In this document: piece after piece, positions 36,261-45,358 of the stretch
Numbering within the stretch: position 1 is the first letter of the stretch
Layout of the letters: each line of letters begins with the position of its first letter
Source: Spirochaetia bacterium
GTDB lineage: Bacteria > Spirochaetota > Spirochaetia > DSM-2461
DNA length: 64,000 nucleotides
Direction of reading: 5' to 3'
Assembly: GCA_963668315.1 (NCBI GenBank)
Contig: OY764216.1
Location: 1,728,001-1,792,000 of the forward strand
Notes under the pieces: model-generated
Told to the model about the DNA's origin: nothing
Seen by the model: the letters and a program-made list of their open reading frames with translations, nothing else
Databases searched by the model: none
Position numbers and translations under genes: made by a program

Positions 36261-37238
36261 GTGAAATTTCTCATCAAGATTTTCCTTGTCTTTTTTTCCG
36301 TGCTGTTCATACTGCTTCTCACTCTTTCACTGAAGGCAATGGCGGGGTTTACAATCGCCGATGGGGAGCAGGACAGGTCTCCCGAATACTCCTATGCGTT
36401 TTTTCTTCCCGCCCTGGATTATCCTTTCTTCGACAGCCTTAAAAAGGGGGCTCTTGACGGAGCCGAAGATTTGAACTGCCTCATTACGTTCTATCAGATA
36501 GATACGGAACCGCTCAGTTTGAAAATGGCCCCCTATTCGGGAACCGACGGGGTCGCCCTTTATGCTACCGCCGAAAACGAGCTTCTTTCGGAGGGGGTGG
36601 ATAGGATTCTCCAGTCCGATATTCCTCTTCTCTATCTTGAGCATAAACTGTCCCATTCGGCCTCCTTTTTTATCGGAACGAACAGCTACGAAGTGGGAAA
36701 GAAGATAGGGGAGCTGGTCAGAAGCAGGGAAAGGGTGAGCCGGACCTGTGCTTTTATTTTCAGCGATAAGAGCCCGGGCCTTCTTGCCGACAGATCACTT
36801 GTGGAGATGGGGTTCAGGCAGATTATGGCCGACCGTATTCCGGAACACCTGATTTTTGAGATAACCGACAGAAATCCTCTGGATGCGGAAAGTCTGGTCT
36901 ACCGCCTTCTTCGTGAGAATCCCGAACTGGATACGCTGGTCTTTACCGATCCCAACGATACCCTGGCCGCCGTCCAGGTTCTGGTGGACCAGAATCTGGT
37001 GGGAAAGGTTGATATTGTCGGTTTCGGAGACGAGCCGGCTGTGGTGGATTATATTTCCAAGGGGGTCATACGGGGAACCGTTGTCCGGGATCCCTATCAT
37101 ATCGGATACCAGGCGGTGGAACTGCTCAAGGGGATTTCCGAGAAGGGAAACGCATCGGCCTATGTGGATATCGGCACAAGACTGATTTCCCAGGTCAATG
37201 TGGGTTTGTACGGGGAGGTACAGAGTGGGGCGGAGTAA
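36261..37238 (+). CDS. Membrane-anchored sugar-binding (PBP type 1) sensor protein
   Basis: N-terminal TM; PFF..LKKGA, FIGTNSYE.G, IVGF, G.V..DPY.IGY.AV. Confidence 0.8.
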   Translation: MKFLIKIFLVFFSVLFILLLTLSLKAMAGFTIADGEQDRSPEYSYAFFLPALDYPFFDSLKKGALDGAEDLNCLITFYQIDTEPLSLKMAPYSGTDGVALYATAENELLSEGVDRILQSDIPLLYLEHKLSHSASFFIGTNSYEVGKKIGELVRSRERVSRTCAFIFSDKSPGLLADRSLVEMGFRQIMADRIPEHLIFEITDRNPLDAESLVYRLLRENPELDTLVFTDPNDTLAAVQVLVDQNLVGKVDIVGFGDEPAVVDYISKGVIRGTVVRDPYHIGYQAVELLKGISEKGNASAYVDIGTRLISQVNVGLYGEVQSGAE

Positions 37239-38691
37239 CTCCCTCAGAACAAGGCTGGCTCTCTTCTATATCCTGAGCATGGGGGTAACGGGTCTCTTTC
37301 TCGGAATCATCATGCTCCTCTCCCTGCAGCTTCGCCAGATGGCCGACCGCCAGTTCTCCGACGAGCAGAGGCTCAGGGACCTTCAGACACGACTTGAGAA
37401 TATTCAGGAGCCCCTTTTGGGCTTTCTTTCCAGCTGGTCTTCCTCCTCCCTGTCCGAGCTGCTTATCATGACCGAGGGGCTCAAGGGGGAAATCCCCGTG
37501 GACAAGCCTCTGACCCGTGAACCGGATGGGCAGAACCAGCGGGAGATCTATTATCTAGCCGAAGCCTATCTGAACCAGATAGACCTGATTATCGGGGAGA
37601 AGAGGGGGCGCAATATTACCGCCTATACGGTGAGCTACGAGTTCATGCAGGAGCTCTACAGCCATATCAACCACCGTATCGATAATGCCAGGCTGACCGG
37701 TTTCCGCCGGGGAATGGACAGTTTTCAGGCTTTTCTGGACCTTTTCGGGCGGATGCAGAAGTACAATCTTCTCCTTATGCTTACCGGCGCGGGCATCGCC
37801 TTTTCCCTCCTTCTCCTGACGGTGGACCGGATCACCAGCCCCATGTATGAGCTTTCCCTCATGGCGGAGCATCTTTCCCGGAATGAGTTCGATCAGCCCG
37901 ATCTTCATTTGAATACGGTGGACGAAGTAAACCGGGTGGCCGAAGCCTTCAACGATATGAAGCACAATATTCACCACTACATCGATGAGCTCAACAAGCA
38001 GCGGGAGATGGAGCTGAGGAACCTGCAGATGGAGCAGATGCTCAAGCGCATGGAGCTCTATACCATGCAGGCCCAGATGAATCCCCATTTCCTCTTCAAT
38101 ACCATCAATACCGGGGTGCAGCTCGCCATTATGGAGGAGGCGGACCGGACGGTGGATTTCATGGAGACCCTGGCCAATCTATTCAGGCACAACCTCAAGG
38201 ACAAGCAGTTCTTCGTTTCCCTGCGTCACGAAATGGACGGTCTGGCTTCCTATATCTCCATTCTGAGGATCCGCTTTTCCAAGACCAGGGACTTTGAGAT
38301 GAGTTACCCCGAGGCGATCCTGGACAGGTATAACGTTCCGGCCATGATTATTCAGCCTCTGGTGGAAAATTCCGTCGTCCATGCTTTCAAAGACCATGAA
38401 GGCCGTGCCAGGGTATCCATTACCCTGACCTTCGAAGATCCCTATCTCGTCTTCTCCGTACGGGATAACGGTTCGGGTATTCCCGAAAGGACAGTGGAAA
38501 AGCTCCTGGAGAAGCACTCTCTGGACTACAGCGTGGAGTCCAAGGTGATGGGACTGAATAACGTCATTCAGCGGCTCTATTTTTTCTACCCGCGCCAGGA
38601 GAATGTTGTGGCGATCCACTCCCGGCCCGGTGAGGGAACGGAGATTCTGATCCGCATCAATACGGAGGTCGAACCGTGTATGACGTTATGA
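37225..38691 (+). CDS. Sensor histidine kinase (YesM/LytS type)
   Basis: 2 TMs, HAMP, AQMNPHFLFNTIN, IQPLVEN, DNG.GI; GTG start after GGAGG. Confidence 0.92.
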   Translation: MGRSNSLRTRLALFYILSMGVTGLFLGIIMLLSLQLRQMADRQFSDEQRLRDLQTRLENIQEPLLGFLSSWSSSSLSELLIMTEGLKGEIPVDKPLTREPDGQNQREIYYLAEAYLNQIDLIIGEKRGRNITAYTVSYEFMQELYSHINHRIDNARLTGFRRGMDSFQAFLDLFGRMQKYNLLLMLTGAGIAFSLLLLTVDRITSPMYELSLMAEHLSRNEFDQPDLHLNTVDEVNRVAEAFNDMKHNIHHYIDELNKQREMELRNLQMEQMLKRMELYTMQAQMNPHFLFNTINTGVQLAIMEEADRTVDFMETLANLFRHNLKDKQFFVSLRHEMDGLASYISILRIRFSKTRDFEMSYPEAILDRYNVPAMIIQPLVENSVVHAFKDHEGRARVSITLTFEDPYLVFSVRDNGSGIPERTVEKLLEKHSLDYSVESKVMGLNNVIQRLYFFYPRQENVVAIHSRPGEGTEILIRINTEVEPCMTL

Positions 38692-40142
38692 TAGTCGATG
38701 ATGAAGAGCCGGTCCTCGAGAGTTTCTCCTTCATTCTGGAGAAGGGGGTGGATTCCTTCCGGCTCTGCGGAAAGGCGCGTTCCGGGGTGGAAGCCATTCA
38801 GATGGCGGACGTCCTGAAGCCGGATGTGATATTTATGGATATCCAGATGCCCGGTATAGACGGACTGGAAGCGGTACGCCAGATAAGGGAAGAGAACAAA
38901 AGGGTGCTGATTATACTGGCTACGGCCTATGAGCGCTTTGATATCGCCCGTGAAGCCATAAGCCTGAACGTTCACAGCTATCTGGTGAAACCGGTAACCA
39001 GGAGGAAGATTACCGACGAACTTATCCGCGCCAGAGCCAGTCTGGATCAGCAGGCGGCCAGGAGGCGTATGCTGCTTCAGCAGACCCGTACATCCGAGGA
39101 GTCCGTAAGCAGGGAGGAATTGGATTTCGTCCGTTCTCTCAGCCGGCCCGCCTCGGAGGAGGAACTGCGGTTTATCAGGGAAAAATGGAATCTGGGGGCG
39201 AAGAGGGGACGAATCGTGCTCCTTCATAAAAACGGAGCGCAGTCCATGGGGGAGAAGCAGAAATGCTACTGCCTCATCAGGGAGAAGCTCCTTTTCAAAA
39301 CGCGCTGCTTCCTCTCCTACTCGGGAGACCGGGGGCTCCTGTTCTTTCCCCAGGAAAAACAGCTGTCCCCCGTTCCCGATATCATAAGAACGGTTCTCCG
39401 GGACCTCTCCTATGAGGATATCACCATGGGAGTAGGGGGAATCTACCCGATTGAGGAGAGCTACCTTTCCTATGAGGAGGCCATGGAACCCTTCGCTCTG
39501 AGGGAGGAGGATGAACGGCTTTATGAACTGGAGCAGATAGGGCGTATCCTGGAGCTGGTTGAAAGGGGAGAGAGGGAAGAGGTAAAGGAGGATCTGACTT
39601 TTTTCGCCGAAAGCGTATTCCTTTCCCGGGAGTTTCCCGTCGCCCTGGGGAAAATGACGTCCCTCTTCTCCATGATCCTCGAAAAACTGGGGTTTTACTC
39701 GACCGAGAATCAGCGGGTCCTGCCCATCTACCCCGCCGAGGAGATCATGGTGCTGAAGAGCCGGGAAGAGTGGGAAGCCTGGTTCCATCACGGAATGGAC
39801 AGGATTCTGAAAGCCATGGTACCCCTGCAGAAAAAAGAACTGCCCGCTCCACTCAGGAGGGCCATCGACTTTATTCAAGAGGAGTACGGCGGACAGATTT
39901 ATCTGGGATCCGTGGCCGAGGAGTGCGGCGTTTCCGCCAGTTATCTGAGCCGTCTTTTCTCGGAAAATCTGAAAACGCCCTTTGTGGACTATCTGAACCG
40001 GTTCCGGGTGGACAGGGCGGTGGAATATCTGAAAAAGGGGACGACGGTCAAGGAAGCGGCCTTTCGTGTCGGATTCGGCGATCCCAACTATTTCAGTAAA
40101 ATATTCAGGAAGTATAAGGGGATATCCCCTTCGGAGTTATAA
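38676..40142 (+). CDS. Response regulator with AraC HTH (YesN type)
   Basis: VDDE, MDIQMPG.DG, KP; C-terminal YLSRLF...VGF.DPNYFSKIFRK..G.SP. Confidence 0.92.
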   Translation: MYDVMIVDDEEPVLESFSFILEKGVDSFRLCGKARSGVEAIQMADVLKPDVIFMDIQMPGIDGLEAVRQIREENKRVLIILATAYERFDIAREAISLNVHSYLVKPVTRRKITDELIRARASLDQQAARRRMLLQQTRTSEESVSREELDFVRSLSRPASEEELRFIREKWNLGAKRGRIVLLHKNGAQSMGEKQKCYCLIREKLLFKTRCFLSYSGDRGLLFFPQEKQLSPVPDIIRTVLRDLSYEDITMGVGGIYPIEESYLSYEEAMEPFALREEDERLYELEQIGRILELVERGEREEVKEDLTFFAESVFLSREFPVALGKMTSLFSMILEKLGFYSTENQRVLPIYPAEEIMVLKSREEWEAWFHHGMDRILKAMVPLQKKELPAPLRRAIDFIQEEYGGQIYLGSVAEECGVSASYLSRLFSENLKTPFVDYLNRFRVDRAVEYLKKGTTVKEAAFRVGFGDPNYFSKIFRKYKGISPSEL

Positions 40143-40143
40143 T

Positions 40144-41175
40144 ATGAAAAAAATCGGAAAGGGAAAAACTGTGCTCCTTCTGCTGATAGCGGGAATGCTG
40201 TTTTCCTGTTCAAAGCGTGCCGAAGAGGAGGGGCCGGTGCGTATCGGGTTTTCCGCCGCCACGGAGACGTTTCTCCTGGAAAGGTGGGACCGGGATATCC
40301 AGATCTTCCTCTCCTCCGCACGGGACTGGGGCGCGGAAGTTATCATGCAGAAGGCCGAGGGAGACGCCCAGGGGCAGATCCCGCAGATCGAATATCTGAT
40401 AGAGCAGGATGTGGATGTGCTGGTGGTCATTCCCCATGATATGGAGCTGCTGGCGGGGGTTCTGAAAAAAGCGGAAGACCGGGGTATTCCTGTTCTGGCC
40501 TATGACAGGCCCATTATGGGAATTCCCATCTCCGGGTATATCTCCTTCGACAACAGGGAGGTGGGCCGGCTCTTGAGCCATGCCCTGATAAGGGACGTTC
40601 CCGAGGGAAACTATCTGATCATCAACGGTTCAGTAAGGGATAATAACAGCTATGAGGTTAACAAGGGGGTGTATGAAGTCCTTAAGCCCTCCATCGATTC
40701 CGGGAAGATTCATATCACCCATGAAATCTGGCTTGATGAATGGAGCTACGATGAAGCCCTGGAAAAGATAGAAAAAGTCTTCCAGGAGACCCAGGACATT
40801 CAGGCCATATCCGCCGCCAACGACCAGATAGCCGATGCGGCCATTCGTGTCTTGTCGGAAAGGCAGATGGCGGGACAGGTGGCGGTTGTGGGACAGGATG
40901 CCGATCTTCTCTCCTGTCAGCGGGTGGTGGAAGGGACTCAGCTTATGACAGTATACAAACCGATTCCCCGTCTGGCCCAGAGGGCGGCGGTACTGGCCGT
41001 GTCCTTTGCCAAGGGTAACAGGCCCGAGCCGAATAAAACCCTTGATAACGGATCGGGGACGATGATCCCCTACTATGTGGAGACTCCCGTTGCCGTTTTC
41101 AAGGAGCAGATGGATGAAACGGTTATCAAGGACGGGTTCCATTCCCGGGAGGATGTCTACCGTACCTATAAGTAA
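40144..41175 (+). CDS. XylF-like sugar-binding lipoprotein
   Basis: Lipobox LFSC; ERWDRD, AYDR, SFDN, DNNS, AND, GQDADL, MTVYKP. Confidence 0.88.
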   Translation: MKKIGKGKTVLLLLIAGMLFSCSKRAEEEGPVRIGFSAATETFLLERWDRDIQIFLSSARDWGAEVIMQKAEGDAQGQIPQIEYLIEQDVDVLVVIPHDMELLAGVLKKAEDRGIPVLAYDRPIMGIPISGYISFDNREVGRLLSHALIRDVPEGNYLIINGSVRDNNSYEVNKGVYEVLKPSIDSGKIHITHEIWLDEWSYDEALEKIEKVFQETQDIQAISAANDQIADAAIRVLSERQMAGQVAVVGQDADLLSCQRVVEGTQLMTVYKPIPRLAQRAAVLAVSFAKGNRPEPNKTLDNGSGTMIPYYVETPVAVFKEQMDETVIKDGFHSREDVYRTYK

Positions 41176-41322
41176 AATCTTTACCACAAGATTTTCCCCG
41201 GGGAAGCTATTGTCTGACCAGTGCAGGTAAAAATAGGACAGAATTTAAAAAAAATCTCCTGTTTTCCTATTGGAAAACTCGGTTCATACTATTTTCATAA
41301 ACGTTCAAAAAGGAGTTTGTTT

Positions 41323-42417
41323 ATGAAAAAGTTATTTCTCGTGTCGGTTTTAGCTGCATCCCTCTGCGGAGCCGGACTTTTTGCCAATGGAGGAGGAGAA
41401 AAACTCGATATCGGCCTTGCCATGCCCGAAACCCATGTTGAAAGATGGCAGAAAGACGGAGCCTCCCTGCTGGAAGATGCCACGGCCAAAGGCTACAAAG
41501 CCGAGGTTGCCTACGGCGATGCCGATCAGGGAAAGCAGAATCAGCAGATCGAAGACTTCATCACCAAGGGAGCGAAACTTCTTGTTATCGGTTCCGTTAA
41601 CGAAGGAGTAGGATCGGTTGTTTCCGACGCAGCCAAGGAAGATATCCAAGTTATCGCCTACGACCGTCTTATTACCGGTTCCGGTGACTATGACTACTAT
41701 ATTACCTTTGATAACTACAAGGTAGGACAGTTCCAGGGACAGGGCATCGTAGACGCTCTCGCACTGGACAAAGCCACCGGTACCAAATTCATCACTCTTT
41801 TCGCCGGTTCCCCCACGGACAACAACGCCAACTTCTTCTTTGACGGCGCCATGTCCGTACTGAACCCCTATATCGAAAAGGGCGTTCTGAAAGTTGTCGG
41901 ACCCTATCCCAAGACTTCCGCCGATAAGAGCAATTTCACCAAAATCGCCACGGAAAACTGGAAAGCCGACATCGCCAAGGCCAGAATGGAAAACCTTCTG
42001 AACAACGATGCCAACGACGTCGTTCTGGATGCCGTTCTTGCTCCCAATGACACCCTGGCCCGGGCCATCATCGAAGCCTGTTCCACCGATGCCAAATATG
42101 ACACCACGGAAAAACTTCCTGTCGTAACCGGTCAGGATGGTGAAATCGCCTCCGTTAAGTACATCCGTGACGGAAAACAGGCCATGACCGTATTCAAGGA
42201 TACCAGAAGCCTGGCTGCCGCCGCCATCGAGCTGGCCGACGCTCTGCTCAAGGGAAATGAACCCAATATCAAGGGTGCCCGTCTGGATACCTCTTCCTAC
42301 AATACGGGGAAGAAGGTTGTAAAGTCCTACCTCCTCGAGCCTGTTATGGTTACCAAAGACAACTATGTGGAAGTATTCCTTTCCAGCGGATATTACAAAT
42401 CTGAAGATCTGCAGTAA
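41323..42417 (+). CDS. chvE: ChvE-like multiple-monosaccharide-binding protein
   Basis: ERWQKDG, IAYDRLI, YYITFDN..VG..Q, GSPTDNNA.FF, VTGQD, MTVFKDTR. Confidence 0.85.
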   Translation: MKKLFLVSVLAASLCGAGLFANGGGEKLDIGLAMPETHVERWQKDGASLLEDATAKGYKAEVAYGDADQGKQNQQIEDFITKGAKLLVIGSVNEGVGSVVSDAAKEDIQVIAYDRLITGSGDYDYYITFDNYKVGQFQGQGIVDALALDKATGTKFITLFAGSPTDNNANFFFDGAMSVLNPYIEKGVLKVVGPYPKTSADKSNFTKIATENWKADIAKARMENLLNNDANDVVLDAVLAPNDTLARAIIEACSTDAKYDTTEKLPVVTGQDGEIASVKYIRDGKQAMTVFKDTRSLAAAAIELADALLKGNEPNIKGARLDTSSYNTGKKVVKSYLLEPVMVTKDNYVEVFLSSGYYKSEDLQ

Positions 42418-42440
42418 TCGGGTATAACATTTGAGGCACC

Positions 42441-42479
42441 GCCGGCTCTCTTCGGGTCATCGTCTCGGGGAGAGCCGGC
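42441..42479 (+). other. Intercistronic stem-loop after the binding-protein gene
   Basis: GCCGGCTCTC...GAGAGCCGGC with no U-tract; probably stabilises the upstream mRNA. Confidence 0.6.
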
Positions 42480-42497
42480 TTAAACAGGATTAGAAAG

Positions 42498-44021
42498 GTG
42501 AGTGAATACATATTGGAGGTCCGAAATCTGATAAAGGAGTTTCCCGGAGTCAGAGCTTTGGACAACGTAAATTTCAAAGTGAAAAAAGGTGAGATCCACT
42601 GTCTGGTTGGGGAGAACGGCGCCGGTAAATCCACCCTGATGAATGTTATCAGCGGTGTATATCCCATTGGGAGCTACGAGGGTGACGTCTTTCTTCACGG
42701 CAACAAGACTCACTATAAAAGCGTTAGGGAGAGCGAGAAGGACCGCTTGGCCATTATCCACCAGGAACTGGCTCTGAGTCCCTATCTTTCCATTTTTGAG
42801 AATATTTTTCTGGGTCATATTAAAACAAAGACCGGTATTATCAACTGGGATAAGCTGATTATGGATTCCCGGCCGTTCCTGGCGCGGGTCGGGCTGAATG
42901 AAAACCCCGAGACCATCGTGAGCAAAATCGGCGTGGGCAAGCAGCAGCTTGTTGAAATCGCCCGGGCCCTGTCCAAGAATACGGAGGTGCTGATCCTCGA
43001 TGAGCCGACCTCCTCACTGAATGACGACGAAAGCGATAAGCTTCTGGATCTTATTCTGGATCTGAAGAGAGAGGGGATCACCTGCATCATGATCTCCCAC
43101 AAGCTTAATGAAATTATGAAAGTGGCCGACACCATCACCATTCTCCGTGACGGCCAGTCCATCTGTTCCTATGACAAACATACCGACGAGGTGGACGAGG
43201 ATATTATTATACAGGGAATGGTCGGAAGGGACATGACCCACCGCTATCCCGAGAAAACCGCCAAGATAGGCGAAACGGTCATGACCGTGGAGAACTGGTC
43301 GGTTTACCATCCCGATTATCCGGACAAGAAAGTGGTGGACAACGCCAGCTTCCATGTCAGGAAAGGGGAAATCCTGGCTTTCTGCGGTCCCATGGGGGCG
43401 GGAAGGACGGAACTGATGATGAGCCTTTTCGGTAAAGCCTACGGGTCATCCTGCGAAGGCAGACTGGAGATAGAAGGAAAGGAGATGAATTTCCATACCC
43501 CCATGGACGCCATCGCCTCGGGCCTGGGGTATGTTTCCGAAGACAGGAAAGACCTGGGTCTTATTCTCATCCAGGACGTGAAGACGAATATTTCCAATTC
43601 CAGCCTGAACAAACTCGCCAAATGGGGCGTACTGGACAAGCAGAAGGAAATAGGCGAAGCGGAGAAATATAAAAAGGCTCTGAATATCAAAACGCCCAAT
43701 ATCTACCAGACCGTGCGGAACCTTTCCGGCGGTAACCAGCAGAAGGTTGTTCTCAGCCGATGCCTGCTGGCCGAGCCGTCCATTTTCATCGTGGATGAGC
43801 CGACTCGGGGCATCGATGTGGGCGCCAAGTATGAAATCTATACCATCCTGAATGAGCTGGCCGCCCAGGGAAAGAGCATCATTATGATCTCTTCCGAGCT
43901 GCCCGAAGCACTGGGAATGGCGGACAGGTTTTATGTCATGAACGAAGGTCTGATCAAGGGAGAGCTGATGCGCGGCGAGGCAACCCAGGAAAAGATCATG
44001 AAGATTGCGCTCAAGTCTTAG
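42498..44021 (+). CDS. Sugar ABC transporter ATP-binding protein (MmsA/GguA type)
   Basis: GENGAGKSTLM..SGVYP, GAGRTEL, LSGGNQQKV, DEPTRGIDVGAKYEIY. Confidence 0.93.
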   Translation: MSEYILEVRNLIKEFPGVRALDNVNFKVKKGEIHCLVGENGAGKSTLMNVISGVYPIGSYEGDVFLHGNKTHYKSVRESEKDRLAIIHQELALSPYLSIFENIFLGHIKTKTGIINWDKLIMDSRPFLARVGLNENPETIVSKIGVGKQQLVEIARALSKNTEVLILDEPTSSLNDDESDKLLDLILDLKREGITCIMISHKLNEIMKVADTITILRDGQSICSYDKHTDEVDEDIIIQGMVGRDMTHRYPEKTAKIGETVMTVENWSVYHPDYPDKKVVDNASFHVRKGEILAFCGPMGAGRTELMMSLFGKAYGSSCEGRLEIEGKEMNFHTPMDAIASGLGYVSEDRKDLGLILIQDVKTNISNSSLNKLAKWGVLDKQKEIGEAEKYKKALNIKTPNIYQTVRNLSGGNQQKVVLSRCLLAEPSIFIVDEPTRGIDVGAKYEIYTILNELAAQGKSIIMISSELPEALGMADRFYVMNEGLIKGELMRGEATQEKIMKIALKS

Positions 44022-44037
44022 TGAGGAGGTTACCAAA

Positions 44038-45225
44038 ATGACAGAAGCGAAAAAAGAGGACTCCTTCTGGGAGCTTGCCAAACATAATATGCGGAACTAT
44101 TCCATGTTCATTATGCTGGCCCTTATCATTGCCGGATTCGCCATTATGACCGGATCGGTAAATATCAATGCCAGAAATGTGACGAATATTTTCATCCAGA
44201 ACAGCTACATCCTGGTACTGGCCGTAGGTATGGTGCTGGTTATCATCATAGGGAACATCGACCTTTCCGTAGGGGCCGTCGTGGCTATCACCGGAGCCCT
44301 GGGAGCGATGATCTACAACACGGGCCTGGGAGTTTTTCCCACGATCATTCTGACCATGCTTATCGGAGGTGCCGTCGGTGTATTCCAGGGTTACCTCATC
44401 GCCTTTATCAAGATACCCGCCTTCATCGTGACACTGGGAGGGATGCTCCTCTTCCGGGGAGTCACCTATATCGTCACCAACGTGACACCCGTATCCCTCA
44501 GGGATGACAAGTTCCGGGAAATCGCCTCCGGTTCCATATCCCCCGAGATATTCCAGGTCGGCGGTCTTCATCTGTTTCCCCTGATTCTGGGTGTGCTGCT
44601 CATGATTTTTTATGTCATCGTGTCGCTGAGGGACAGAAAACGGAAAATCGTCAACGATTTCCATGTCCTGCCCTTCCGTTACTTTGTCATCAAAGCGGTA
44701 TTCCTCGGCCTGGTCGTCTTGATCCTCTGCTGGAAGTTCGCCAATTACCGCGGCCTTCCCACCGTATTCGTCGTTCTGGCCATCGCCATTGCCGTCTACA
44801 TGTTCATAACGAAGAACACGGTCTTCGGTCGGTATATCTACGCGGTCGGCGGTAACGCCCGATCCGCCAAGCTGTCCGGTATCAATTCGGAAATGGTTAC
44901 CTTTCTGGTCCATGTGAACATGGGAATTCTCTGCGGGCTCTCCGGTATCATCTTTACCGCCTATATGAACTCCGCTCTGCCCCAGGCGGGAAACATGTTC
45001 GAGCTGGACGCCATCGCCTCCTGTTTTATCGGCGGCGCTTCCGCTTCCGGCGGTATCGGCACCATTATCGGAGCCATCACCGGAGGTCTCGTTATGGGTG
45101 TTATCAACAACGGTATGTCCCTTATGAACATCGGTGCCGACTGGCAGTACGTGGTCAAGGCTTCCGTTCTGCTCCTGGCCGTCTGGTATGATATCTATAC
45201 GAGAAAGAAGGCGGGCGTTGTGTAA
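44038..45225 (+). CDS. Sugar ABC transporter permease (MmsB/GguB type)
   Basis: IDLSVG, IPAFIVTL, GRYIYAVGGN, FELDAIASCFIGGAS. Confidence 0.93.
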   Translation: MTEAKKEDSFWELAKHNMRNYSMFIMLALIIAGFAIMTGSVNINARNVTNIFIQNSYILVLAVGMVLVIIIGNIDLSVGAVVAITGALGAMIYNTGLGVFPTIILTMLIGGAVGVFQGYLIAFIKIPAFIVTLGGMLLFRGVTYIVTNVTPVSLRDDKFREIASGSISPEIFQVGGLHLFPLILGVLLMIFYVIVSLRDRKRKIVNDFHVLPFRYFVIKAVFLGLVVLILCWKFANYRGLPTVFVVLAIAIAVYMFITKNTVFGRYIYAVGGNARSAKLSGINSEMVTFLVHVNMGILCGLSGIIFTAYMNSALPQAGNMFELDAIASCFIGGASASGGIGTIIGAITGGLVMGVINNGMSLMNIGADWQYVVKASVLLLAVWYDIYTRKKAGVV

Positions 45226-45269
45226 GGCGAAAAGCGCGTACTGAAAAGATACGTTTGAAAGAAAAGGAG

Positions 45270-45309
45270 AACGGTCCGGCCAGAGTTTTTCTGGTCGGAC
45301 CGTTTTTTT
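45270..45309 (+). terminator. Intrinsic terminator of the sugar operon
   Basis: AACGGTCCGGCCAGA...TCTGGTCGGACCGTT plus T run. Confidence 0.85.
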
Positions 45310-45358
45310 ATGCAAAGGGGAGTGAGGGTGTTCGCACCGGCGGGAAAATCTCGGGTGA

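Noticed and set aside
36029..36442. ORFs overlapping the tRNA (35938-36147, 36029-36322, 36095-36442)
   Set aside because: Translations of tRNA and terminator sequence, not coding
36064..45309. Sugar locus as an island integrated at tRNA-Gly
   Set aside because: No integrase, no visible duplicated tRNA 3' end and no obvious compositional shift
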